Assembly (NCBI GenBank): GCA_965204725.1
Contig: OZ242005.1
Span: forward strand, 672,001 to 736,000
From: Candidatus Latescibacterota bacterium
GTDB lineage: Bacteria > Latescibacterota > UBA2968 > UBA8231
Length of the DNA: 64,000 bases
Direction of reading: 5' to 3'
A program made the translations under genes and the position numbers. The notes beneath the pieces were generated by a model that was not told the DNA's origin, did no database searches, and was given only the letters and a program-made list of their open reading frames with translations. Below are positions 8,890 to 18,840 of this stretch, in pieces (position 1 is the stretch's first letter; each line of letters opens with the position of its first letter).

Positions 8890-11800
8890 TCACCCGCCAA
8901 AACCATAGGAGACCGCGAGCTTCAACCGCCGGCCTTTGGGATCGTGCGTAAAGCCATCGTACCCTTGCTCGACGTTTGCCAGAGGCGGCTTACTATTGAG
9001 CAGGTTCACCCCGGAGAGCACGATTTTGACGCCTTCGGACATGTTCCACAAAAAGCTCATATCCCACGTGACGAACGAGTCAACGATACCGAACAATTCC
9101 TTGATTTTTTCCGTATCGGAGGCGTTCGATCCCCGGTCCTCGTACGACGAAATGTAGTTCAGGTAGCTCACGAGGCTATAAGTTCCCCAGTAATAACCCG
9201 CCGATGCTCGGCTCTTCAACTTGGGAAGCGAGGTCGCAATGGGATTGCCAAAGTTTAGGTAGCCGGCCACGTCTGCCGCCTCCTGCAGCACCAAGTCGCC
9301 GTACCTCAGGGCCTTCGTCCGGTACTCCAACATGTACGTACCGTCCAAGTTGAGCGACAATTCGCCGTCGCCGATGGCCGAGCGCTGGCCCAGATGCAAA
9401 TCAAGCCCCGAGGTCTTGACCCCCGGCCAATTGACGATATCAACTTGCACTCGCTCGAGTTGCGAGGCCGAGCATGTACCAGTGCCTCTCCCGTCCGAGC
9501 AGACGATGAATTGCTGCAGGGCCGCCTTATTGTCGTCGTATAAGGAAGTAATGGCCCCGTGCGGCATGGAGCCGATTACATCGCTGAAATCGTAGCTCCA
9601 ATAGTCAAACGTCGCATCAAAGCCTCCCTCGGTGACCAAGACGAGGCCCGCGTTATAGGTAAAAGCCTGTTCGGGTTTGAGATCCTTGCTCCCGATTCGG
9701 TCCACTGCTTGGTAGGCACCCGTCTCGTTGATCCATTCGAGCGTCGTCAGCGGGCTTTCATTCACATCGTCCAGCGAGGGCGTGCGAAACGTCGTCTGCA
9801 CTGAGCCGCGCACGAACAAGGATTGGTTCGCAGATTCCGAGATCTGATAACGCCACCCGAACTTGGGATCAAAACTGCTCGCCACGTCGTGGAACTCGTA
9901 GTTGGCGGCGAGTTGGGTCTCAAAGCGCGCGCCCAAGCTCAGGGGAATCTCGGCAAAGAAGCGGTGGACCGTTTGCGATTCCTCATAAGGCCGATGCACG
10001 TTGGTGAACGCATAGGGACCGAACCGGTCCTCTGCGGAGCACTCCGTATCGCCCACGACCGGGCAAGGGTTGACGGTCACGTCGCCGGCGTCGTTGGGGT
10101 CGCCGGCGGCATTGAGTAGGCGGAATTGGTAGCCGACCGCGTAACTGGCGACGTCCTCAATCCAACTTCCCGTCAGCGTCGCGTCGGCGACCAGCACATC
10201 CGCCGTGCTCACTAGATCGACCTCCTCATGGAACCACCGCCGCAATTCGGGGGTGTTGGCAAGGTCGGGGCGGAAGTCGGGGTTCGCATTGTTCTCAAAC
10301 TCCGAGCCGGGCTGCTGCGAGAACTCAATGGCATTGCTGAAGGGGTTGTAGTACTGGCAGTTCCCCTCGCCGGCCACTTGGCCATTGATCGCGCCGAGCT
10401 GCATCCCCGAGAGGGACGCGGGATCGTGATCAGGCTCCACGCCAACGCCGCAATCCGGCCCGCCAAATCCGCGGAAGCCGAGGAACAGCCGCTCGACGTA
10501 CACCCCCGGCAGGTTGTAGTTGCCCTCGGTGCGGGAGTAGGACAGCCCCAAGTCGAAGTGGGTATCTCGACCGCCGAGTGACGCAAAGTCGCCATTCGCA
10601 GAAGCGGCCACGCGCCAAGTGCGAGAGGAGCGGCCCAGCGTACGCGCGGGACCCGAGTTGCCAAAGGGGCGACCGTTGAAATACCAGTTCTCCTCGCCTT
10701 GGCATGCGTCGTAGTAGGGGTCGCCGGCCTCAGCACCGTAGTCTTGGCAAAATGCCTGCCGGCCCGGGTGGCCGGGCGCGACCTCCATGATGCTCGTGTC
10801 GGTCAGGGGGAAGGGGGGATACGAAGGGGTCGTGTACCAATCGGGAATATCGGACTCGGACCACAGCCCCTCGATGTGGTAATCTGTGCCATTGTCCAGC
10901 GAACCGTTGAGCTCGGCAAAAGCACGGGTGTAGCTCGTGCGCTCAATCAGATTGTCCCACGGCTGATAGCGAAAGCGGCAGGTCCAAGATTCCCGGAAGC
11001 CGCCAAACTGCTCGCAACGGGGGGCGTGGATGGTGGCGGTCCATGGGGCCGGAGCACCAATGGCGAAGGTGCCGGGGTTGCCCAAGCTCGACCATCCCAA
11101 GCGCTGCCCGGAGCCGTGCCACGGTTGTATCAGGTAAGCCCGGTCTGTGTTCCTCAGCTCCTGACGCCGCCGCCATTCCGCGGAAACAACCGCATGGGCA
11201 CTGCCGAGTTTCCCCCCCCATATCGCGCCGGTGTTTGTATCGCCCGCACCGGAAAAATGCTCGTGGGCCGCCGAGACCTCAAAGCCCTCAAAGTCGCCGC
11301 GCGTCAAAAAATTGGCAACGCCGGCCACGGCATCCGATCCATAGATGGCCGAGGCCCCCTCCTTGAGCACCTCAACCCGGTCCATGGCGATGGAGGGCAT
11401 GGCATTGACATCGACGAAGCGGCCCCCAATCAAGCGCGCCGGGACATAGGTCTGGCGGCGGCTGTTGATCAATACTAGGGTCCGCGAGGCCCCTAAGCCG
11501 CGTAGGTTCACGTTGGCGATGTTCTCGGTAAGGGTGGCGGCTTGGCCGGCGTTGTACCAGCTATTCCGCTCGCCGATTACCCCGTGGCTCGCGCCCAAGT
11601 TTTTGAAGAAATCGACGAGTTGCGGGGAACCTTGCTCTTCCATCTTTTCGCGGCCGGTCACGGAGACCGCGTAGGGCAAGCTGATGGGGGATTCCTTAAA
11701 GGCGGTGCCGGTCACCACCATTTCCGCCAATTCGACCACACTGGCCATCAGTTCGAGTCGGACGGTCGTGGTCTCTCCAGCTACTACCAAGACGGTAGTG

Positions 11801-12060
11801 GTCACGGTCTCGTAGCCAATCAATTCGGCGGCGAGCGAGTGCTCACCAGCCGGGACATCGGCGATGGTGAAGCGGCCGTCCTCGCCCCATAGCGCACTCA
11901 TGTTCAATTCCGCGATATAGACTTGGGCGATGTCGAGCACCATCCCGTCCTCAGCGTCGCGGACAGTCCCTACAATGGTTCCCATTGACTCCGCCTGAGC
12001 GCGGGCGGCAAACAAGGCCAAAAACAGGGCGATAAAAAAGCACGTACTCCAAAATCGCAT
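8890..12060 (-). CDS. TonB-dependent outer membrane receptor with N-terminal carboxypeptidase-regulatory-like domain
   Basis: Signal peptide MRFWSTCFF; GTIVGTVRD domain; EMVVTG TonB box; NLRGLG, RVEVLKEGASAIYGSDAVAGVAN plug motifs; C-terminal GRRLKLAVSYGF. Confidence 0.92.
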   Translation of the reverse strand: MRFWSTCFFIALFLALFAARAQAESMGTIVGTVRDAEDGMVLDIAQVYIAELNMSALWGEDGRFTIADVPAGEHSLAAELIGYETVTTTVLVVAGETTTVRLELMASVVELAEMVVTGTAFKESPISLPYAVSVTGREKMEEQGSPQLVDFFKNLGASHGVIGERNSWYNAGQAATLTENIANVNLRGLGASRTLVLINSRRQTYVPARLIGGRFVDVNAMPSIAMDRVEVLKEGASAIYGSDAVAGVANFLTRGDFEGFEVSAAHEHFSGAGDTNTGAIWGGKLGSAHAVVSAEWRRRQELRNTDRAYLIQPWHGSGQRLGWSSLGNPGTFAIGAPAPWTATIHAPRCEQFGGFRESWTCRFRYQPWDNLIERTSYTRAFAELNGSLDNGTDYHIEGLWSESDIPDWYTTPSYPPFPLTDTSIMEVAPGHPGRQAFCQDYGAEAGDPYYDACQGEENWYFNGRPFGNSGPARTLGRSSRTWRVAASANGDFASLGGRDTHFDLGLSYSRTEGNYNLPGVYVERLFLGFRGFGGPDCGVGVEPDHDPASLSGMQLGAINGQVAGEGNCQYYNPFSNAIEFSQQPGSEFENNANPDFRPDLANTPELRRWFHEEVDLVSTADVLVADATLTGSWIEDVASYAVGYQFRLLNAAGDPNDAGDVTVNPCPVVGDTECSAEDRFGPYAFTNVHRPYEESQTVHRFFAEIPLSLGARFETQLAANYEFHDVASSFDPKFGWRYQISESANQSLFVRGSVQTTFRTPSLDDVNESPLTTLEWINETGAYQAVDRIGSKDLKPEQAFTYNAGLVLVTEGGFDATFDYWSYDFSDVIGSMPHGAITSLYDDNKAALQQFIVCSDGRGTGTCSASQLERVQVDIVNWPGVKTSGLDLHLGQRSAIGDGELSLNLDGTYMLEYRTKALRYGDLVLQEAADVAGYLNFGNPIATSLPKLKSRASAGYYWGTYSLVSYLNYISSYEDRGSNASDTEKIKELFGIVDSFVTWDMSFLWNMSEGVKIVLSGVNLLNSKPPLANVEQGYDGFTHDPKGRRLKLAVSYGFGG

Positions 12061-12145
12061 AGGAGCCTCTCTTTTTAAGTTGAGATGATATAAGATGTTA
12101 TAAATAACCAATTAACACTCAGTTCGGGCAGATAGCAAGCAAATA

Positions 12146-12943
12146 CTACCGCCGATATAGGGCCTCAAACCGATCCTTGGCCTCCCACCCCAAGAGTCGC
12201 TTGGCCTTGTCGGGCCGATATTTGTCGTGCGGCAGCCGCGCACAGATAAAGAAATTCTCATAAGGCGACGGCATTTCGGACGCCCGCAACCCAGACAAAA
12301 ACGCCTCCCCGGTATCCTCCCACGAGGTCGTATAGGGATGCACGCCGCGCCCTTGTTCCTCGGGGAGCACTTCCCGCGGGCGAAAGTGCGTATAGACAAA
12401 GGAGAGCACCTCTAGGCCCTCGCGCTCGGCAAACACGCGCGTAATGTGCCCCCCAAGATACTTGCTCAGCGCGTACAGATCGTCGCCCGGATGCAGCGGA
12501 ATGTCGGCTTCCACCTGAAAGTCGTGCCAATAGTCGGCATCGTGGTCCAGCGAGGTGTGAAAAGGCCCGGTGTGGATCAGCCTTTTTATGCCGCCGGCGA
12601 CGCAGGCTTTGGCCACGTTGTACGCGCCGACCATGTTCACTTGGAAGGCCAGCACCGGATGCGGCCGGACGACGGACACATTGATCGCCGCGTCCATGCC
12701 CTCGCAGGCGGCTAACACTTGCGCGTAGTCGGTAATATCGACCACCCGATTTTCGTGCGGCGGCCCCAACACCTCCGGGATCGGTGCCCGAGGACTCTGC
12801 GGCGGCGCGGCGGCCACTTCCGCCAGCGGCCGGAGGTCCGTAACGCGCAAAGCGTAATGGCCCTTGAGCGCGGCGATCGCCGACGCGCCGACCGGGCCAC
12901 CCGCCCCAAACAACACCACCTTGCCTTCGTTTACCGTTGCCAT
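12146..12943 (-). CDS. NAD-dependent epimerase/dehydratase (extended SDR)
   Basis: GAGGPVG Rossmann motif, YALSK catalytic motif. Confidence 0.85.
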   Translation of the reverse strand: MATVNEGKVVLFGAGGPVGASAIAALKGHYALRVTDLRPLAEVAAAPPQSPRAPIPEVLGPPHENRVVDITDYAQVLAACEGMDAAINVSVVRPHPVLAFQVNMVGAYNVAKACVAGGIKRLIHTGPFHTSLDHDADYWHDFQVEADIPLHPGDDLYALSKYLGGHITRVFAEREGLEVLSFVYTHFRPREVLPEEQGRGVHPYTTSWEDTGEAFLSGLRASEMPSPYENFFICARLPHDKYRPDKAKRLLGWEAKDRFEALYRR

Positions 12944-12954
12944 AATACCCCCCT

Positions 12955-13551
12955 TTAGGCGAAGCGTCCGCTCGACGCCACGTGCGCCAGCGACCAGTGG
13001 TGCCCTTCGCGCTCGGCGGTTAGGGCTTGGCGCACGGCCGCCACCGCGTCGTCGGCCGTGGTCTCCGCTCCGAGCTTGCCGAGGCGCAGACAGCGCACCT
13101 CAACCTGACCCGTGCGGGCGATTTCGCGGCCGACCAACTCGGCCATAAGCGGTGCCAGCGATTCGGCCTCGGCCTGCGGCAAGGCGTTCCACTGCGGGTC
13201 AACTAGGTACTCCTCCGGGTAGGATCGCACCAAGTCGAGGCTACTGAGCAATACTACCTTCTCAATGCCGACGGCACAGGCCGCTGTCAACGCCACGTAG
13301 GTCCCCCGCGCCGCGATGTCGAGCATAGCCCCTTCGTCGTCGCCAGTCGGATCGCCACCCGCCGCGAGGACGATGGCTTCCACGCCGGCTAGTGCCGCAT
13401 CTAATGCCTCTCGCTGGAGCAAATCGACCTGCCGGTAGCCAGCGAGGTCGCTACTCTCTGCTGCGCCGAGCACCACCTCAAGCTCCGCGCCCAACTCCGC
13501 CGCCAGCCGTGCCCCCCAAGGGCGATCCGCGCCGATTACTGCCACGCGCAT
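12955..13551 (-). CDS. NAD(P)-binding SDR-like protein, degenerate active site
   Basis: VAVIGADRPWG, KVVLLSS, CLRLG; lacks YxxxK. Confidence 0.6.
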   Translation of the reverse strand: MRVAVIGADRPWGARLAAELGAELEVVLGAAESSDLAGYRQVDLLQREALDAALAGVEAIVLAAGGDPTGDDEGAMLDIAARGTYVALTAACAVGIEKVVLLSSLDLVRSYPEEYLVDPQWNALPQAEAESLAPLMAELVGREIARTGQVEVRCLRLGKLGAETTADDAVAAVRQALTAEREGHHWSLAHVASSGRFA

Positions 13552-13559
13552 AGTGTCTC

Positions 13560-13575
13560 CTCTACTAGGAAAGTT
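13560..13575. repeat. Imperfect direct repeat bounding the hicAB island (left copy)
   Basis: ctctactaggaaagtt vs ctctaccaagaaagtt at 15246-15261 (14/16). Confidence 0.55.
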
Positions 13576-15046
13576 GTGCAGAAGGCTCGAATAGGATTTC
13601 CTTCGTCCTTGGATCTACAAACACGACCCCTCCCGACGCTCGCAGATCTGCTGCTGAATAGCCCGTCAGAATCTCTGTTATGTACTTCCATGTTGAGCCG
13701 CGAAATAACTCAAAGTGCCCTTTCGTGCCATGTGCTATAAATACGCTCGCAGGTAACTCCTCCGAGTCCCGTATTTTTGGTGATATTCGGCTCCAAGAAT
13801 CAAGGGCACATGTATAGCCATCTAGTTGTTCGGTTACACAAATCGTGATTTTGGAAATTTGGCTGAGGTTTTGTACAAAAAGACCAATCCTCTCGTTTTC
13901 ATAAGTGCTTATCGACGGTTTTGAGCGATCGCCAAACATCCACCGCCGATAGTAAAATAGCTCCTCTTTTGTTTTGCGAGAGGCAATCGCATCCGCAAAC
14001 CCTAATAAAATCAAGTAGTCCAAGTCGTGTTTTACATTGATCAAACGTTTCCTATGCCCCTTAGACAGTTTTCTAAACGTATCCTTGCCTTGACGTAGGC
14101 AGTCGCAGGCCACGGTAAGAAGCGATTTAGAAAAATGCCATAGAACCCATTTTTCATTTACGTCTCGGGGATTTGGTGAAACAGTCCTGTCATTCTTCAC
14201 GACGGAACTAATTACCTTTATCACTGATCGAATATTACTTGGATCGTTGATTAAATCGTAACAAGTTTGCACAACTTCTTTATCATGGGGTGCTTTATCT
14301 TTTATTTTTGCTTTGATTTCCTCAAATTCCGATTCTTCACTAAGTTCTGAGAAGTTCTGAAATAGTTCAGGTATATCGGGGCCTTCGCATTCTTGAATGG
14401 CCTTCTCAATTATTTCGTCTCGATTATTAGGATCATACTGTGGATTTTCTGCCAACATTTTCTGAAAGCGTTTAGTTCTTTCAGCATTAAAAGGATTACC
14501 GTATGGGTGGTTCTCTTCGAGTTCAACCCTATACATCTCAGAGACATGTTCCCATACCTCGATAGCGTCCCGATACTCCATCAGCTTGCTCTTTGATGCG
14601 TCCCATTGGTTGGCGTTAGATGTGCTGAAAAGTTCAAAAAGTAGCGTATCGGTTACAACGATGCGACCGCCTCGTTTACTTATCATGCGAAGCGGCGCAC
14701 CATCCTTTTTCATGCCGCGAATGTAGCTGGCGTCGATGATAATGCGCGGTCGTTCAACCTCAACCTCCGTTATGCCTACTGTGGTTTCGGTTTGAGGAAC
14801 CGGATCGTCGCATTCTGTGAGAGCTTTGTAATGGAAGGACATTGCCTCCTCAGTTGACCTATGCGGTTGGAGATCGAAGTCACCGTATTCCATCAGGCTC
14901 TCGATGTGCGCGGTGATGGCTTCGCGGATGTTTCTCTGAATTTCCTCCCAAGTTTTCCCGGTACTTATGCAGCCCGGCAGATCGGGCGAATATGCCGAGT
15001 AGTTGTTGGGCGTACGTTCATAGATCACCGCGTATTTTAGCTTCAT
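13565..15046 (-). CDS. HicB-family antitoxin domain fused to a PIN-like domain and an unknown C-terminal domain (493 aa)
   Basis: aa 1-97 YAVIYERTPNNYSAYSPDLPGCISTGKTWEE is HicB; then IIIDAS, IVVTDTLLFEL, HDLDYLILLGFADAIAS resemble PIN motifs; AT-rich relative to flanks. Confidence 0.7.
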   Translation of the reverse strand: MKLKYAVIYERTPNNYSAYSPDLPGCISTGKTWEEIQRNIREAITAHIESLMEYGDFDLQPHRSTEEAMSFHYKALTECDDPVPQTETTVGITEVEVERPRIIIDASYIRGMKKDGAPLRMISKRGGRIVVTDTLLFELFSTSNANQWDASKSKLMEYRDAIEVWEHVSEMYRVELEENHPYGNPFNAERTKRFQKMLAENPQYDPNNRDEIIEKAIQECEGPDIPELFQNFSELSEESEFEEIKAKIKDKAPHDKEVVQTCYDLINDPSNIRSVIKVISSVVKNDRTVSPNPRDVNEKWVLWHFSKSLLTVACDCLRQGKDTFRKLSKGHRKRLINVKHDLDYLILLGFADAIASRKTKEELFYYRRWMFGDRSKPSISTYENERIGLFVQNLSQISKITICVTEQLDGYTCALDSWSRISPKIRDSEELPASVFIAHGTKGHFELFRGSTWKYITEILTGYSAADLRASGGVVFVDPRTKEILFEPSAQLS

Positions 15047-15243
15047 CGGTTTCTCTCCCTTAGTCCGGCTTGTCTCAGTATATTCAGATAGGTCCCCGGT
15101 GCCATATCATCTCTCGGATGCCCCGGAATAGTCACTGTCCCAGGCTTCTCGGGGTGACGATATTGACGATGACTGCCTCGCGTCCTTACTAGCTTCCAAC
15201 CGTCTCTCTGTACCAATTGGATGACGTCCCTAACCTTTGGCAT
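15043..15243 (-). CDS. hicA: HicA family mRNA interferase toxin
   Basis: DGWKLVRTRGSHRQYRHPEKPGTVTIPGH...ILRQAGL; 4-nt overlap with hicB fusion. Confidence 0.92.
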   Translation of the reverse strand: MPKVRDVIQLVQRDGWKLVRTRGSHRQYRHPEKPGTVTIPGHPRDDMAPGTYLNILRQAGLRERNR

Positions 15244-15245
15244 AT

Positions 15246-15261
15246 CTCTACCAAGAAAGTT
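15246..15261. repeat. Imperfect direct repeat bounding the hicAB island (right copy, nadK 3' end)
   Basis: Includes nadK stop codon; 14/16 match to 13560-13575. Confidence 0.55.
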
Positions 15262-16054
15262 TCTCCGACAAGTTGTGAAAAAAGTACTTGTCGTCGAGGT
15301 AGATCAGCCGCGCCGTGTGGGCGGCTTGGCCGACGTACACCTCCTGCTCGGGCGCTAAACTGCATATCTCGCGGCCATCGGCAATGAGTGCCACCCGGCT
15401 GTCTAAGGTCTCGGGGCTAACGCGCAACCGCACCCGCTTCTCAGCCGACAAGATCAAGGTCCGCGACGTGAAGTTGTATTCGTTGATGCCGTCGAGCAAC
15501 ATGCAGCGCACTTCCGGCATGACCAGCGGCGCACCCATCGACAGCAACAGCCCGGTGCTGCCCGTCGGCGTGCCAACGACCACGCCGTCGCCGCGGATGG
15601 TGCGGATTTTGGCGTCGTCCACAAAGACGTCCGTAGAGAGCATTTTGTGGTGCGCCCGCAAGGTCACCTCGTTGAAGACCAGCCGCTCGCCGCCGGGGTG
15701 GCGGCAAGAGAGCACCAAGCGCTCGCTAACGAAGTACTGGCCATCGACTAAGAGCTGGACGATGCGCGCCAAGTCCTTGCGGTCTCCAGCGGTCAGAAAG
15801 CCGACCGTGCCGAAGTTGATCGCCAACACGGGCCGCTGCGGAAAGCGCGCAAAAGCGCGGAGCACAGTGCCGTCGCCGCCGAGCGCAATGACCAAGTCCA
15901 GATCGGCTGGGGGCTCGTCGCCCTCGATAAAACGCACTGCAATCCCATGCGCGGCAAATAGGTCGCGCACCTCGGCGACTGGATAGTCCAAATCCCGGTC
16001 GCGCGGCAGGACCCCGACCTTTTTGAGGACGAGTGGCACCGGCACCAATCCCAA
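15248..16054 (-). CDS. nadK: NAD kinase
   Basis: LGGDGT, GTVGFL, NE, DGVVVGTPTGSTG motifs; start uncertain. Confidence 0.9.
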   Translation of the reverse strand: MGLVPVPLVLKKVGVLPRDRDLDYPVAEVRDLFAAHGIAVRFIEGDEPPADLDLVIALGGDGTVLRAFARFPQRPVLAINFGTVGFLTAGDRKDLARIVQLLVDGQYFVSERLVLSCRHPGGERLVFNEVTLRAHHKMLSTDVFVDDAKIRTIRGDGVVVGTPTGSTGLLLSMGAPLVMPEVRCMLLDGINEYNFTSRTLILSAEKRVRLRVSPETLDSRVALIADGREICSLAPEQEVYVGQAAHTARLIYLDDKYFFHNLSEKLSW

Positions 16055-16064
16055 TCCCGGCGGC

Positions 16065-16976
16065 CTACTTGGCCCGCGCTTGTTTGCCGGCCTGCGCCTC
16101 GTAAGCCTTGATCAGCGCCTGAGTGCCTTCTTCGGCGCAGCCCGTGCGCTCGACGATGTTGAAAAACTGGTGGGCTATGCTCACGGCCGGCAGGGCCAGC
16201 TTGACATCGTTAGCCGCCTGCAAGACCAACCGCAGGTCCTTTTGCTGCAAATAGACCATAAAGCCCGGGTCGAAATCGCCAGCGGCAATGCGCGGGCCTA
16301 GATTGCTCAACTGCCAAGAGCCCGCCGCCCCGCCGCTGATGGCGTCAATGACCTTTTGCACATCCAAGTCGGAGGTCGCGGCCAGCATTAGGGCCTCGGC
16401 CATGGCCATGTTGTTGACCGAAACCGCGATCTGGTTGCAGAGCTTCGTCGTCTGGCCGGCGCCATGAGGGCCGATCAGGTTGATGTTGGTGCCCATGGCT
16501 TCGAAGACCGGCCGGCAGTGGTTAAAAACGGCCTCGTCGCCGCCGACCATGATCGATAGCGTACCATTGATCGCGCCCACATCGCCGCCGCTGACGGGCG
16601 CGTCGAGCATGGCCACGCCTCGTTCCTGCAAGGCCGCGGCCACCGCGCGGGTGCTTTTGGGCGAAACCGTGCTCATGTCGATGACGACCGCGCCCTCTTT
16701 GGCCCCGTGAATCGCGCCCTCCTCGCCCACGAGCACCGCCTCCATATCGGGCGTGTCCGTGACGATGCTGATAACGATGTCCGCACCGCTCGCCGCGGCC
16801 TTGGGCGATCCAACGCGTACGCCGCCAGCCGCGACGACCTCGTCGACGCGCGGCCGGTCGCTGCGGTTATAGACCCTGAGTTGATACCCGGCCTCGAGCA
16901 AGTTTTTTGCCATGGGCGCGCCCATGATCCCCAAGCCGATAAAGCCGATTTGCGTTTGCCCCGGTGCTGCTGCCAT
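16065..16976 (-). CDS. 2-hydroxy-3-oxopropionate reductase / 3-hydroxyisobutyrate dehydrogenase family
   Basis: GFIGLGIMG, DAPVSGG, TKLCNQ, KDL motifs. Confidence 0.88.
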   Translation of the reverse strand: MAAAPGQTQIGFIGLGIMGAPMAKNLLEAGYQLRVYNRSDRPRVDEVVAAGGVRVGSPKAAASGADIVISIVTDTPDMEAVLVGEEGAIHGAKEGAVVIDMSTVSPKSTRAVAAALQERGVAMLDAPVSGGDVGAINGTLSIMVGGDEAVFNHCRPVFEAMGTNINLIGPHGAGQTTKLCNQIAVSVNNMAMAEALMLAATSDLDVQKVIDAISGGAAGSWQLSNLGPRIAAGDFDPGFMVYLQQKDLRLVLQAANDVKLALPAVSIAHQFFNIVERTGCAEEGTQALIKAYEAQAGKQARAK

Positions 16977-16996
16977 GGTCCTCTCCCATCTAAAAT

Positions 16997-18823
16997 CTAA
17001 AAGGTGAAAAAGAGATGTCTGTTGTCCTCGATCTCGGCCGTCTCGTACAGGTGTGTGAACCAGTTCTGCACGGCCTCCTGCGTGCGCTGGGCTTGGAGCT
17101 GAGCGCCTACTTGCGCCCGCTGCTCGGCGAATTGCTCCTCGTCTATCGGCGTCTTCTCCAGCAGCCTCAGCAGGTACGCACCGCGCTGGCTGCCCTCGGC
17201 GACTTCGATCACCGCGCTGAGTTGGCCCTCTGCCAAGCGGAAGGCTGCGCCGACCACCGCGTTGCCGCGACCTAGACCCTCCACCGATTCGGTGCGCGCA
17301 AAGGGCTCGGGGGCGTGCCGCTCCAGCCCGGCGTTTTGGGCCGCTGCGGCCAAGGTAGTCCCGGCTTCTACTTCCCGCCGCACGGCCTCTAGCCGAGCCG
17401 CGGCGCGCTCGGCCTTTTTGCGCGCCCGCACCAACGGCTCAAGCTGGGGCTTGAGCTCGTCTAAGGGGGCCGTGCCCGCAGGGCGTTTGGCGACTAGATG
17501 CGCGACCCACAGCCCCAAGTCGTCCTCAATGACTTGGCTGACAGCGCCCAGATCCTGTTCAAAAAAGTGGTTGACGATCCAAGTCGTGTTCGCGCTAAGG
17601 CCCGGCACGGCTTGGCTCTTCCGCAGGAAATTCGTGGCTGTCGCCTCCATGCCAGAGGCCGCGAGCGCGGCCGCAAATCCCTCGGCCTCGGCCTGCTCTT
17701 GCAACGCCTCGGCCCGGGTCCGCAGGCTGTCCTCGGTTGAGCGCGAGGGCTGGTATCTGAGCAGGATGTGGCGGGCATGCACCTGCTCCTCGCCGTTTTC
17801 CGCCGAGCGTTCTTCCACCTTGATCAGGTGCCAGCCATAGCGCGTCTGCACCGGCTCGGAGAGTTCGCCCGGGGCCAAGGCAAAGGCCGCTTCCTCAAAG
17901 GGCGCGACCATCCGACCGCGACCGAAAAAACCGAGGTCGCCGCCTTGGGCGGCCGAGCCTTCGTCGTCGGAGACCACCGCGGCCAACTCGGCGAAATCCT
18001 CACCGGCTTCGATTTCTTGGCGCAGGCGACCGATCTCCTCTTTGAGCTCCAGCGAATCCGCAGTGCTGGCCACCTTGGGAAAGTGCGCGTACTCCAGCTT
18101 TACTTGCTCGGGGTGCTCGTAGTCGGCTGCGTTCTCTTGGTAGTAAGCCGCCAACTCTTCGTCTGTGACCTCAATCTCGTCATCGGCATCTAAAACGTCG
18201 CTGGGGGCAAATGCGTATTCGACGCTCACCTTTTCGTTGGCCTCGGCAAAGTACTGGCGCACCTCGTTGGGACTCACCGGTGCGGTGCCCCGCAGCATCC
18301 GCTGGAGCCTGTAATCGAGCAATTGCCGCTCGACCGAGCTCTCGATCCACAGGACTAAGGATTGGTTGTTGGGGTCGCTGAGATTGGCCGGATTGCCGAT
18401 GAACTGGGCGTATTTGTCCATGTCGAACGCGCCGTCGGTCTTAAAACGCTCGAATTCGCGCACGGCCGGCGGGGGCTTATTCCTCGTGTAAAAGGCAATC
18501 TCCCCGTCGGTCACCTCAAACCCCAAGCGCTCGTACTCTTGGTTCAGAATGATCTCGCGCACGTAGTAGTCCCATACCTGTCGCACGAGCAGGGCCTGAT
18601 CGGCGCGCTGCTCCTGCGGCATCTGCTGGGCGACCCGCCGCAACGCGTCTTGGAACTCTTGCAGCGAAATGGTCTCGCCATTGACCACGCCGACCGCATC
18701 GCCGGCCGCGTTGGTGGGCGCACCCGAGTAGTCGGCCCCCCACTCGACGACGATCAAGCCGATGAAGGCAAATATGACAAACCACAGGACGAGCACCGTC
18801 TTTTGGCGCAACAAAGTCATCAT
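16997..18823 (-). CDS. PpiD/SurA-type periplasmic chaperone with parvulin PPIase domain
   Basis: N-terminal [42 protein letters not shown]. Confidence 0.88.
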   Translation of the reverse strand: MMTLLRQKTVLVLWFVIFAFIGLIVVEWGADYSGAPTNAAGDAVGVVNGETISLQEFQDALRRVAQQMPQEQRADQALLVRQVWDYYVREIILNQEYERLGFEVTDGEIAFYTRNKPPPAVREFERFKTDGAFDMDKYAQFIGNPANLSDPNNQSLVLWIESSVERQLLDYRLQRMLRGTAPVSPNEVRQYFAEANEKVSVEYAFAPSDVLDADDEIEVTDEELAAYYQENAADYEHPEQVKLEYAHFPKVASTADSLELKEEIGRLRQEIEAGEDFAELAAVVSDDEGSAAQGGDLGFFGRGRMVAPFEEAAFALAPGELSEPVQTRYGWHLIKVEERSAENGEEQVHARHILLRYQPSRSTEDSLRTRAEALQEQAEAEGFAAALAASGMEATATNFLRKSQAVPGLSANTTWIVNHFFEQDLGAVSQVIEDDLGLWVAHLVAKRPAGTAPLDELKPQLEPLVRARKKAERAAARLEAVRREVEAGTTLAAAAQNAGLERHAPEPFARTESVEGLGRGNAVVGAAFRLAEGQLSAVIEVAEGSQRGAYLLRLLEKTPIDEEQFAEQRAQVGAQLQAQRTQEAVQNWFTHLYETAEIEDNRHLFFTF

Positions 18824-18840
18824 AAGCTGTAGTTCTCCTG

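Noticed and set aside
12061-12145. Riboswitch or Fur box upstream of the TonB receptor
   Set aside because: Spacer is only 85 bp and AT-rich; no cobalamin/TPP motif or clear Fur palindrome found.
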